Assembly: GCA_030141605.1 (NCBI GenBank) | Contig: JAQGDQ010000084.1 | Location: 434,001 to 498,000 of the forward strand | Direction of reading: 5' to 3' | Length of the DNA: 64,000 nt | From: Tubiluchus corallicola | Lineage: Eukaryota; Animalia; Priapulida | Shown here: piece after piece, positions 53,001-64,000 of the stretch | How the letters are laid out: every line of letters starts with the position of its first letter | Numbering within the stretch: position 1 is the first letter of the stretch | Translations under genes and position numbers: made by a program | The notes under the pieces: generated by a model | Databases searched by the model: none | What the model saw: only the letters and a program-made list of their open reading frames with translations | Told to the model about the DNA's origin: nothing

Positions 53001-56000
53001 GAGCTAAGCTTCGCCTATGAGTTTTTAAGTGCAATAATTTCGAATTCTGGTAAAAGTACTCTTATCTTGTACAAAAGCCTGCTTGTCTGGCATGTCACTT
53101 ATTGAATGTTAGTGAACATGAATTGGCATTGCATGAGTAAGAAATTTATGGCAGCAGCAGCAGCTGTTTCCACTTATTTAGTATCAAAGTATTTATTCGC
53201 ACGTTAACTCCTTCAGGTCATCACCTTTTCGAAGTAGGTCTTATAAGACCTTTGACTTTCTGCTACTGTATGAGCACAGACATAACTAAATGATTATAAA
53301 TTAGGTGCTGTTCTATTCAGGAGAATCTCAGCTGTCTAATCATGGTGTTTGTTTAAACATTTATAAGTGATTTAATTGGATAAAGTTGAGAAAAACACGC
53401 CATTTTCAGGCACTCCAACTTAGCCTATTGAGTCGCTTAGTCTGGTGTACACTTGCGTGATCGTACACACTATTTTATTGATCGCCTGCTTGCTACAACC
53501 CAAGTTGTGCAGTGTTCTGCTGCTATTCGAGGAAAAACCAACTGATCAGCCAATGACAAATTAAGGTCATCTTATCTTTTAACAGAAATTTCTCCTTAAA
53601 AACAGAGTTGACTTGAAGCCAAAGTTTATGGGAGTGTTGTGTCTGGATAGTTGAAATTTTCTGCATTAGCTGATTTCACACAAGTGATACTGTACATTGT
53701 TACAGTGCAAACACTGCAGTTACTGAAAGCTTTTTTCAATTTTTTTGTCAAAAGGAGATTTTTAATTTGTCTAAGATACTCCAATGCATTTCATATGAAA
53801 TTTTGCATGAAATCCCATTATGTGAGAAATAGAAACCTACAAAAATTATTAAATATAATGTAACTGCTGCTTAATGAGAGCAGTTTTTCGCGAACCCTTG
53901 CAAAATACAGCAAACGCTTGCTGTCCTGAGGGAGTTAAGAAAAAAATTTGCAGTACATTGACAATTAAAGAGTAAATTCGAAGCTCTATTTTTCATCTTT
54001 TATCCTTCGAGAAATTATATTTTTTGTTTCACATTGAGAACTGAGTAAACTGATGCCTAAGAAGTGAAAAATGATCATAGCGGTGAATATTTTTTGCTTA
54101 CGAATGTTTCACCTTCCTGGCTTTTATTGAATTTATTTGTTTTACTACTGATCGTTTGTCATTGTTTGGCTTTCATTTATGGCGTAGGTGCAAGTTGGCA
54201 ATTTTTGCATATTCAGTTTTTTTATAATAGTTATTTCATTAGATAAATTATTTAGTGATAACTAATAATTTACCTACTTGTAGTGATACTTGACGTACAG
54301 AAAGATTGTCTCGTAGACTTGTAGAAATAGTATCTAAAGATTTCATTCATAACACAGCTGATTATTTTCTTTAGTCTGTGATAGTAAAAGCAATCTTTGC
54401 ATGTGACAAAGATTTAGTAAAACTTGCCAACTTCTCTTGTTCTGTGTTGTAAACAGCACGAAAACAACAAAACATAAATTTCTCCACTAACGTTGAAGTA
54501 ACTCGTTTACAATATTTCTATGTGTGAACGTTTCAAACTTTCTGTTAAGTTTATCGTGTATTTCAGGTTCAAACCTCACAGCAGCCTCAGCCAGTGTCGG
54601 ACTACTATCAGCAATACTTATATCAGCAGCAGAGTAACATTTTCCAACCTCAGCCTGCAGTTTACGATCATCTGAAGTCTGATTCTAGTTTCGACCGACC
54701 TACAGCCAAGAAAGCAGTCGGCGCTCCATCCGTGACGTCTGATAATGTTATAACTAGTCTGAGAGACCGACTCGCAGATCTAGAAGAAGTGCACAAAGCT
54801 CACAAAAACGAACACGACTCGGTGCAAGATCGACTCATCTCCTGCGAATCGCACATTGTTGAACTGGAGAACGACGTTAGTAAGCTGGCGAGTAGATATC
54901 AATTCTTTCAAGAAATGCGCGGCTATGTGAACGATTTGGCCGACTGCCTTGCTGAGAAAATGCCCCAGATTGAGGCTTTGGATCACGCTATGCACTTATT
55001 GTTGAAAAACAGAGCTCAGAAGTTCCTTCTTCGACGACAAGCTGACATCAAAGACCAGTCTGATGACAACAGACCCGGAAAGCCGGTTATGCAAGGTTTG
55101 GAACTAGAGGAGAAGAGGCGACGTGTTGCAGAAAGGGAAGCGAGGCGAGCAAGAAGGAGGCGGGCAAGAGAGAAAGCGTTTATACTCGGAGAAATGCATA
55201 ATGAAGGAATGAGTAGTGATGATGAAGAGATGGAGTCGGAGATTGATAGGTTTAGAACTGAACAAACGAGAATTCTGACTGATGCTGGTTTAATTTTAGA
55301 AGATGTAGTCGATGATTTTTCGACGTTCAGAGGCATACGGACACAGTTCGAGAAGTGGAAACATAACTATGGCGACATATACCAGGAAGCATACATCTCT
55401 CTGTGCTTGCCAAAAGTGTTTACGCCATTACTAAAATTGCAGCTGATTGGATGGAATGCTTTAGAGAGTAGCAATGTGATGGACGAATGGGGTTGGTACG
55501 ATGATGTACTTATGTACGGTTTTGAGGAGAAGGCTGAGTTGAGCTCAGAGGATCCCGATACAAAACTCATCCCAAGTTTACTTGAAAAGGTTTTGCTGGT
55601 AAAGCTTGCTACTCAAATTGAGGATTTGTGGGATCCTCTTTCAAGTTCTCAGACTCTCAATTTGTGCAAGTTACTGAAAAAGCTCGTTTCGGACTATCCT
55701 ACGATGACCGGCGAAAGCAAAAACATGCAAGCTCTGTTACGTGCAGTGATTCGCAGGGTACGCGTGACTCTCGATGACGACGTTTTTATTCCCCTCTATC
55801 CAAAAAATTTGCTGGAGTTTAAAAATTCTCCCGCCAATCAGTTCCTACAGCGGCAGTTTTGGTCGTGTGTAAAACTATTGAAAAACGTAGTGCAGTTTAC
55901 GGGAATTCTTTCGGATACCGTTGTTCAGGAACTGGTGCTTGACTGCCTGTTAAACCGTTACATGCTGCTCGCATTGCAGACGTCAAACATGGGGCCCGAT

Positions 56001-56252
56001 GTTATCGAGAGGTGTAAAATAATTGCAACAACATTTCCGAAAAGTTGGTTTAAACATTTGACTGGAGACAGCACTTTGCCGAAACTCGAACCGTTTTGTA
56101 GGCTGATTGTTCACTTAGCTAATGTCAGTGCCAAACAAGCCGAAACCAGGAATAATGTATCCGAGTGTGAAGAGAATGTTAAACAATTGACTAAGTTATT
56201 GGTGACAATTTACGCAATGGATCATGCAGTTTCCCTTGGTAGTTTGGAATGA
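44022..56252 (+). CDS. PAXBP1: PAX3/PAX7-binding protein 1 / GC-rich sequence DNA-binding factor (PAXBP1/GCFC family), about 847 aa, 6 coding exons
   Basis: Exons 44022-44189, 45203-45362, 47511-47633, 48768-48975, 52093-52291, 54567-56252 (TGA); phase-consistent (2544 nt). Motifs FKKPKRNFIRQRK, LLVSFGEDEE, GIIPDARTIYELKKKREQAR, WEKEQIRKG, EGMSSDDE and the GCFC domain (FEKWKHNYGDIYQEAYISLCLPKVFTPLLKLQLIGWNAL; WDPLSSSQT). Includes track ORF 54594-56252. Confidence 0.95.
46100..46900 (-). mobile_element. Degenerate CR1/L2-clade LINE, 3' part of ORF2 (RT C-terminus), in PAXBP1 intron 2
   Basis: Track ORF 46128-46778: KCKVMHMG, EVDLGLLVDSKLNFHSH, YKSLVRAHLEYVSQVW, LEQVQARA, RRRRGRLIEMFK, WNSLP. 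FADDTKL remnant (TTTGCTGACGATACCAAATT) just upstream. Confidence 0.9.
48374..48670 (+). repeat. Degenerate tandem repeat of about 110 bp (about 3 units), first two units with an internal inverted repeat
   Basis: AGTAACTC(A/G)CAAG...GTTCAGAC(C/T)AGAG...TGCGAGTTACT units at about 48374, 48484 and 48598. Confidence 0.75.
49043..49640. mobile_element. hAT-like MITE with TCGATTA subterminal repeats and an internal 14-15-bp tandem (49138-49230)
   Basis: TAGTGATGGGCGAT...ATCGTCCATCAGTA; the same left end occurs at 21548. Confidence 0.65.
49876..50305. mobile_element. pogo/Tigger-like MITE family E
   Basis: TA-CAGTGTTCCCTC...GAGGGAACACTG-TA. Confidence 0.85.
50382..50816. mobile_element. pogo/Tigger-like MITE family D
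   Basis: TA-CAGTTAACTCCGCAT...ATGCGGATTTTACTG-TA. Confidence 0.8.
52341..52414 (+). repeat. 18-bp tandem repeat, 4 copies
   Basis: TTTGACCAACCATAGCCA repeated. Confidence 0.85.
52646..52990 (-). mobile_element. L2-like LINE 3' end with (TTACA)n tail
   Basis: Reverse translation gives YGE-AFSV-APRLWNNLP...FKQHLKTHLF; (TGTAA)n at 52646-52676. Confidence 0.7.
53208..53934. mobile_element. TTAA-flanked (piggyBac-type) MITE family F; inverted copy at about 13075-13800
   Basis: TTAA-CTCCTTCAGG...CCTGAGGGAG-TTAA; about 550 bp of the body is a high-identity reverse complement of 13090-13660. Confidence 0.8.
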
Positions 56253-56488
56253 CGTTGCAATTTCACTCGCATTTTTTGGAATCACTTTGCAAGTTTCTTC
56301 CCATTTTTCTGATAATTGGTAATTAAAGCCGTTATCATTAATGAAAAATTATTTATGTAAATATTATTTTAACAAAGTTGTTGTAAACTACATGTCCTTG
56401 TGGCTGATTTTTTTATGTTGCTTTTATGTATGACTTCAAAACATTTTAGTTGAACAGGACCTGAAAAGGAACTTCATTCAGCTTTAGT

Positions 56489-56966
56489 TGTGTGCTTGCA
56501 AAATCACACAGCTAAATATTCCATAAGTCTGGATGAAAACTAGTAATGCAATTGTGAAAAACTCTTATTTTCAAGCTCCTATGGTAGCTCACAGAAGCAG
56601 TCATTTTGCTTTGTGTTTTTTCTGTTGCTAAGCCCAGATCTTCGTCCAAAAGAGCCATTTACTGGATATAAACGTAACTTCAATGTGTTCTTGCAAAGTC
56701 CGTAGCAACCAACATTTATGTGGCTACTAAGTGTTTTGTAGAAACGCGACAAAAAACAATTGCTGACTTTAATAGTGATTTTCTCAAAGTTACGTTTTTC
56801 ACTGCATAGCCTGCTGCTCAACTTCCACGTGGAATATCTCAGCTTAGAAATAACATAGAGTGATGAGCTTGGTATCAAAATGATCCGCTTAATAGAGTTT
56901 CAGGATATGTGAATAACTAGAAAAGCTTAATTGCCGACTCCTGGACGATTTTGCTATGCAAGCAAG
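56489..56966 (-). mobile_element. MITE family A copy, reverse orientation
   Basis: Reverse complement of the family A body; track ORF 56579-56878 shares pseudo-peptide with ORFs at 31580/31783. Confidence 0.8.
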
Positions 56967-57240
56967 CAATTAGGAAAAAGACTTTTCTAATATTATTGTA
57001 AAAACAAATGTTATGCTTATAATCAACACCAAAAAGTTCAGGTGTGTTTTCAATGGATAGAATATGGCTGAATTTGCCCAGTGTTTTTTCATGTGGACGA
57101 GGTGGACACTTGGACGACATTAGTACAGACGTGAAAGGTATCGTAAAGAGGCAGCTTTAATAGGCTAAAAAATAATATTTTTCCGGAGATAGTGAATAAG
57201 CCTTTTCACAGTTTTGTTGTGCACACGTGCTGTCACTGCA

Positions 57241-57660
57241 GGCCAAAGGTTAAATGTGCCACAGCAATGCATTTTAACTACAACCGGCACATGTGTGTAA
57301 AGCAAAGCCATCTGCCACATCAGTTCAGTAACTTCAGTTGTTTTACGTGGACTTTACATAATTATAATTTTAGTTAGTGCGTAGAGTGATCTGCTAGCAG
57401 AATCTTGGTTGGGAACAGGAAAAAATGAACTAGGTAAGCTTCTAGCTACCTGTTAAGACTGTTACTGTTACAACAGCATGGGCTGCGAGGCGTTGTCAAG
57501 CGTACGCAAATGTGTTGTCTGGTACACTTAACTTTTGACCGTTACTATTACCAATAGTATGTACTATGAGGCGTTGTCAAGTGTACACAAATGTGTTGTC
57601 TGCTACACTTAACCTTTGACCTTTGTTGATCATCATCAGTGGAACTATGAACAGGCTTAT
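57241..57660 (+). mobile_element. Dispersed repeat family B copy with a duplicated right end
   Basis: Inverted repeats at 57241 and 57521-57540; the 3' segment is repeated at about 57568-57621. Confidence 0.75.
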
Positions 57661-58429
57661 TGTGTGCAGCAGAAAAATTCTTATTACAAAAGTGAGAATA
57701 TAGTCAAACCTCATTAAAATGCTAGCCCCTTTATAATGCCATTGTTAGGCCAACATTGTTTAACATCAACACTCATATTATTGGCGAAACAAAATACCCA
57801 TATTAGTACACACATGTGTATTAATGAGCTCGTATAATGACATACGCACAGTAAGTGTAAGTATATAGACAAGTATAATTGGCAAATGCCTAGTATGAGT
57901 ATGAGTAACTGACTAATTCTAGGAAACTACTATAGTTAGTTACGCGTAAGCAGCTAGTGACATCTAGCGGTTAGCGTCCTAGACGTTTTGAGTACAGTAG
58001 GCGACTGGCTACCAGCCAATAACCTGTATTTGTTTACATCACGTGACTTTTTGTACCTGAGTGGCTCGCCATTGACATGAGCACGAACTTGAAAGATAAC
58101 CTTATTAACAGTAGCGGGTCTGAGTATGTGTGGTACTGTACCGAAAATAGATTTTGCGTAAGTCATAATCGAATTTGTTCGAAGCGCCGTCATTAAAGAG
58201 GTAATTATTTTTTAATTTAGATTTAATTAAGCCATGATTCGTCTAGATCTGTACAATAAGTTGACAAATCCCCACAAAACTGTCAAAAGTGGGACGATAG
58301 TCACTTATAGTTGAACACGACGTAGTGTAGCGTCTAGAGCTTTGTATGCTGCATTAAATTGTTTAATTAACGATATCATATCGCCTGATACGGTTTTAGT
58401 TACTATGAATTAAGTGCTAAGTTTTGTTA

Positions 58430-58870
58430 TACATGTGAACACTATAGTGCAAAAGTTATTGTACCTTTTTATAAAGCTGTAGTTGGACCAATGCTTGAAT
58501 ATGCGTGCGTTGTTTGGTAACCACAGTATGTTAAAATGCTTTAGAAAGAACTGAATGGAGGTGTGTTAGTCTGGCCTCTGATATTAAACATGACTGTATT
58601 TTCTGTTGAACAACACTGTGATACTATAGATCTTATTAAGTGTTATAAAATCATTAGTGGTAGTATTATTTTGCGTAGTGACAATTTTTTTTCTAGACTA
58701 CTACGTGATTTACGTGGACACAGTTTTAAGTTATTAGTACAATACTCTCGCATTAATATCAGAGTCCATTTCTTCTTGTGTTGTGGGCCCTTGGAATTCA
58801 CTTAATAGTGAAACAGTTGATGCATCAAATCTGCTGCAATTTTGCAAATTGTTGAGCAAATTGTAAGCAA
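58430..58870 (+). mobile_element. Degenerate CR1-like LINE 3' fragment
   Basis: Frameshifted YKAVVGPMLEYACVVW, DLIKCYKII, LRGHSFKL and WNSL motifs. Confidence 0.75.
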
Positions 58871-59142
58871 ACAAGAAAAAACGGAATTTTGTGTGTCTAT
58901 CTTGAAAATACCGTACTCCCAGAGGCCTAATCAGCTGGTAAAGTGCAACTAGATTTTTTGACAAAGTGAAAAATCTGCTGAAAAATGGATTTCATTATGA
59001 TGACTCTACGAGATCATTTCTTGTTAAATAATTGGGAATTATGTATTATAATGTATTACTGTGTCAAATTTTGGGAAGCTATTCTTTATTGCTAAGCTGT
59101 TAATTTATCTTTCTTGCTTTTTATGTTATTTTAGACTGAAAA

Positions 59143-59244
59143 ATGGAAGATAACAGATCAGCCAGTCAAACGAGTTCTTATGTGGATGATGAATTGGAGT
59201 TTTACACAGATTTAGCATTACAAGAAAGCCAACGTTGGATAGAA
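59143..59244 (+). CDS. First coding exon of a probable LIMCH1/LMO7-like calponin-homology-domain protein; remainder lies right of the window
   Basis: Acceptor ttttag (exon start 59135), ATG 59143, phase-0 donor gtaaga after 59244. Encodes MEDNRSASQTSSYVDDELEFYTDLALQESQRWIE, resembling the first CH helix of LIMCH1 (AFSEAQKWIE), which as I recall also ends at a phase-0 intron. A likely non-coding upstream exon ends at the gtaatt donor at 58201. Confidence 0.6.
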
Positions 59245-61154
59245 GTAAGAACTAAGTTTGATTTTTAGTATGTTGCTCATACAATGCAATGTTAAATCTT
59301 GGGGATAATTAGTAATTTGTAATTTATTGTACTCCACTTCAGCATAATTACGTTATCACATCACTTTGTAATTGTTATACATCAAATCAATTGTAGTTAC
59401 AATAATTGTAAAAGAACTATATTAATATATTTACTAACTGCTCAATAGTTTATCAACAGGAAATATCTGTTGCGTGGTGGTCAAGAAGCAAAGCTTGTAA
59501 GTCCACCATGAAAAGTGGAGAAAAAACTGCTTAATTAACAAGTGAAAGAATTATAGAAGAGCGGGAATAGTTAAGACAAAAAATATATTACTATTTATTG
59601 CAAACCAAGTTAGGACATATTTCAACACAACCATAGAGGAAAACAGATTTTACCAAATGTTACCAAATCTTGAGGACCTCGCAATCTTGAGGGACCCTAG
59701 ACTGCAGCCTGCGTTAGCCTATAAGATAGTCTGACCCTGCTTGTAGCCATTGTGTATATTATTCTGCAGGTAGCTGTAGTTAAGTAATTTAGGATGAAAA
59801 TTTATTTCAACGTTGTCACATGGTCACCAAATTTGGTGATTGAGTAAGCCTTTATAGTGGGGTGCGTAAGTCTTCCTTGACCCCTAGTCAAGTAGGAAAT
59901 AACTTACGGTATTTGGTGGCAACACGAGAATATAGCAAAATAATCTAGATCATTCAGTCCATCCGGGCATTTTGTGGTGGATGTCTGGAGTTACCTTTAC
60001 AGGCTTTTGATAACTTTACTTACCGCGAGGACAGAAGCAGCTCTGGCATGGCCGGTTTTTGATGAATGCAGTCTCTGAATTAGAACTATTTTAATCAATT
60101 ATTGTGCAGTTCTATGAACTATCACATGCTCATTTCTTTTGCCAGCTTTTAACTGGATTATTGGAAAAACACTCATCCAGTTTTCCACTTTTGTCTCGTA
60201 AAGTTGCGCAAAAGTTTAGCTCGTAATTTGGAACATTGGAATTTAATGTTTACAACTTTCGCTGTACAAAGTGCATTATTGTACCACACAGACATAATCG
60301 ATTTTTAAGAGTGATATGATTTAAATTAACTGTCACTATCACGAACAATGGTTTCTCAGTTCTACAAAATGGTGGGTTTGAGTGAGCGAGTTAAGCTAAC
60401 TTCGTTCAATTTGATATCATCAATAAAAGATGATCGGTGCGCCCCGTATGACAGGTTTTCACGTTTCACATAAAATTAATGTGAAATGTTTTTATTACTT
60501 TGCACGTCTCACCGTGGAACAGGATTTATGGTGTCAAATAAAAGCTCTTTGTAATCGTTCTATATAGACCTAAGCTTTATTTAACAGTCATGACTGTTTT
60601 GCTGTATTTAACTTTAAACATTTTCACAAGGACAATCAAAGTATCTGGATTAGCTAACAACGTCATTTAGACTGATACATTTACAAATATTCTGATTATG
60701 GTTACGTGAGCCTAAACGATTTTGCCTGACGTTAAATGGCCATGAATTACACGTTAGGATAGTTTGCAAGTTTAATTCAGGGTTGAAGAGTTTTTAATAA
60801 GATGACGTGAAAGATGGCTCTTTCATCTGTGATGAAAGGTGGCATATAAGCTAAGTAACTTCGCTAGGTTGCTGTTCCAGATTTAACCACTCTAACTTGG
60901 TGTGCTCTAGGTGAATGATTTGTATGCTTATAATCGAATGATAAGTAATGGTATGGCATATTTGCCAAATATAATTGTGTACAATTTTCTTACTGGTCAT
61001 AGTACATCTACACACATAAATTATGCATTTTTTCTTTTATTGTTTTTTTAATAATGAGAAGTACTAGTGTCTTATGGTTCAGATTGAGCCCTTATTGGAT
61101 AAGAGTGAGTGTTATTTGTACCTGAGTGTTTTATAGAGGAGATGAAAATAAAGT

Positions 61155-61511
61155 TTATCTATCAGTTTTATCTGTTTACCTATCTGTGTGTCTGTCTGTC
61201 CATTCATCCATCCATCCATCCATCTCTTTTTCTGTCTGTCTGTCTATCCATCCGTCAATCTATCTCTCTATCAAGCTATCTGCTTATTTAACTGTCTGCC
61301 TGCCTGTCTGTCTATCTGCCTGTATGTCTGCATATCTATCTATCTATCTATCTGTTTAACTGTCTGCCTGCCTGTCTGTCTATCTGCCTGTATGTCTGCA
61401 TATCTATCTATCTATCTGTTTAACTGTCTGTCTGTCTATCTATCTGTCTGCCTGCCTGTCTGTCTGTGTATCTGTCTGTCTATCTATTTATCTGTCTATC
61501 CGTCTGTCTAA
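61155..61511 (+). repeat. Compound tetranucleotide microsatellite (TCTA/TCTG/TCCA)n with a higher-order duplication of about 70 bp
   Basis: Directly visible; produces the low-complexity track ORFs 61109-61511. Confidence 0.95.
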
Positions 61512-63802
61512 CTATTCTTGCATTTCTTGTTATTTTTTTAAAAAGTAAGAGAGATACGAAAAGAGGAAAAGGAAAAAATAAAGTGGGTTTAATCTATGCT
61601 GCTGCTTAGTCTCTATTGCACTGACACTGATCTGAATTGAACATTATGTTGACTATGTTACTAGGACAACCCCGCTGTTATTGGTATGAAGTACATCAAC
61701 TGACAAAGGTGTAAATCTCCCAGGGTAGGTTCGTTCTAATTAAGTGTTCAATTTGGTCGCCAGGGCGTATCCAGAAACGGGATATATGGATGTGCGAAAC
61801 CAGTCGTGCTGTTGTCCTTTTTCGCACATCCCTGGACTGCTGGACGAGTGCTTTCTAGAATTCGTGACAGTTAATCAGTATTCCTCGGTTAGTTTAGTAA
61901 TACCAGTGCCCTAATACAACTCATTGTATCATTGTACTGAGAGGTAATTGAACTGAGCGATTTGATCTCTGCAATCAGCCCCATTAGCCGACTTTCTCTT
62001 TTAGCTGACGTTCTTTCCTAAATGAATTCATGTTCCTTTAGCACACGACCTTGGACTAGTTGGCACTCTCCCTATTATCTTATCAAGTGATTACAGTTAT
62101 TTACCTGGTTGTGAACGGAACGTTGAAGGTATGATAATAGAGTAATGTAGGATAGAGTAGCCACCACAGGACAAATAAAACTCTGTGTGTTATCGACGCG
62201 CTAGGAGATTTTCGTTGTTCTACTTTCCTCTGCGATGTGTATTCAGAACTTTCTACTTTTTTCTTCCACATTCTGCACCATACTGTGGTTTTGGTTATCT
62301 TGTTGCAAACTCGTGTGCTATTGTCCTTGAAGCACAGGATTAACCTAGCTAATAATAATCACGGTTCTTTTCTTCCAAACTTCTGTTTCATTCATTTTTG
62401 TTCGAGACACGTACGTCGTGTGAATGTGATATAACAAATGTTTCGAAATATGATGCAGACAGCTAGTTGTTATAAACAACAATTTCGCTTAGGGTTGGAA
62501 CGATTTTTGGAAGGTAGATCTAACTCACTTACCACATCATATAATTTCATCTTTTTGAAATTACGGTATTTTTTAGGAATTCTTTTTTTTCGGTTTAAGA
62601 TAGCATGGGTTCAAAGCAGTTAATTCACCAAAAAAAAAAAATATTTTTGCCGTTGAAAATTATGTTATTTTGTGATCTAACTAGTCGTCACTAGTTGCGC
62701 TCGCCCGCCGTTAATTAAATTTTAACCTATTATTTAATTGTCAGAAATCTTTTGGTATTATTATATGTGTTAAAATGTATACATTTTATCATACTTCAAA
62801 ATGGGGTAGGATATGAAAAATCGTCCTGTTTAGCTTCAAATCTTATGAAGTTGTACCAAATTCTTTGGTTTCGTTTCTTCCAGAAAATCTAACGCAGGAT
62901 TATTAACTGTGTTAAAATGTATATTTTTTTATCGGACTTGAAAATGGGGTAATATATGAAAAATGATCCTGTCTTCCTTTAAGAAAATTGATCTTGAAAG
63001 TTTTTGCACGTTTCTTGCTGGCTTGCTGGGATGCTACATGCAGAAGGCGCTGTAAATTCCAGTTTATAAATGCGCAAAAACTGCCATCATCTCCGTATTT
63101 TGATTACATTTAATCACACGATGTGTTGAATTATCAACGAATGCAAAAACTGTCGTTAGTTTAACGCTAACAGCCGTGAATAATAATAATAATAATGCAG
63201 TGCTGGCTGTAGAAATTTCACAAATTAATCACCAAGTTCATGGGAGCACTGGCTGTATACGGTCCGAGACCTGAAAGCACCTGGTTTTGAAGTTGGTTGC
63301 GCTTTGAGATGACGTGCAGGAAATGGACGAAATAAAATGGACGAACGAGAAATAGTAACGAGACGCTGCAGCCATTATTAATTAATTAATGTTACTGCTG
63401 TAATTATGGACATAATCTAGCAGTAACATTAATTAACTGGATTTAAATACAAATAACCTATCACCAAATTTGAATGTTCTATCAGTGCAAACTTGGATCC
63501 TATTTCTTCATTGAAAGCGATGCTTCCGTCATATTCGTGAATTTGGGAACTAATCATATTCTGTTCCTCGGACTGTCAAATAAAAACAATGTTTCTCTTG
63601 TCTTGAAAACCGTAGCTTGTTCTAGAGAGACTGGTTGTTTTACTAAACATGATTTCAACTAAATGAAGTTGCAGGATAATCAGTATTGAGTACCGAATAT
63701 TTCGATGGCAAATAAGATTGTTTAACAAGACTGCAGGCTTTTTATTCTGGGCAGAAAAATAAGCTTTTTCGTAGTTTCGTTGTGCGCAAGCGTATTTGCT
63801 GC

Positions 63803-64000
63803 AGGTCAAAGGTTAAGTGTGCCGGAGTAACGTGTCTTAACTACAACCATGAGGTAACGTATGTGTAAAGCAAAACCGTTTACCGCATCAGTTCAGTAAC
63901 TTGAGTTGTTTTACGTGGACTTTACATAGTTATACATTAGTCTATGCGTCGGGTGATTTTCTAGTAGAATCTTACTTGAGAACAAGAAGAAATGAACTAG
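63803..64000 (+). mobile_element. Dispersed repeat family B copy truncated by the window edge
   Basis: GGTCAAAGGTTAAGTGTGCC start followed by the family B core. Confidence 0.75.

Noticed and set aside
54780-55570. Antisense ORFs within the last PAXBP1 exon
   Set aside because: Shadow ORFs of the sense CDS with no independent features.
61109-61511. Three overlapping low-complexity ORFs
   Set aside because: Translations of a tetranucleotide microsatellite.

Overview
AT-rich eukaryotic genomic DNA from an invertebrate animal (roughly one-third GC by eye; the species cannot be identified from the sequence). Most ORFs in the track are artefacts because the genes are split into small GT-AG exons. 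Manual exon assembly gives five genes: (1) the first coding exon of a probable SLC12A4-7/KCC K-Cl cotransporter (minus, continues off the left edge); (2) a 14-exon RNF212/Zip3-family meiotic RING ligase (plus, 10368 to about 27526); (3) a complete 8-exon ETHE1 persulfide dioxygenase (minus, 41765 to 32689); (4) a complete 6-exon PAXBP1/GCFC-family gene (plus, 44022-56252) with an intronless 1.69-kb last exon; (5) the first coding exon of a probable LIMCH1/LMO7-like CH-domain gene (plus, 59143-59244, continues off the right edge). KCC/RNF212 and ETHE1/PAXBP1 are head-to-head pairs. Introns and intergenic DNA contain many non-autonomous DNA transposons (pogo/Tc1-like, hAT-like and TTAA-type MITEs), decayed LINE fragments, one tRNA-derived MetaSINE-like element, and mini- and microsatellites. 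I see no prokaryotic-type system and no CRISPR array, and I cannot support a wholly new biological system. The best leads are an ETHE1 with no evident mitochondrial presequence and Asp in place of the conserved C-terminal Cys, polarised intron loss in PAXBP1, and a minisatellite formed inside a MITE.
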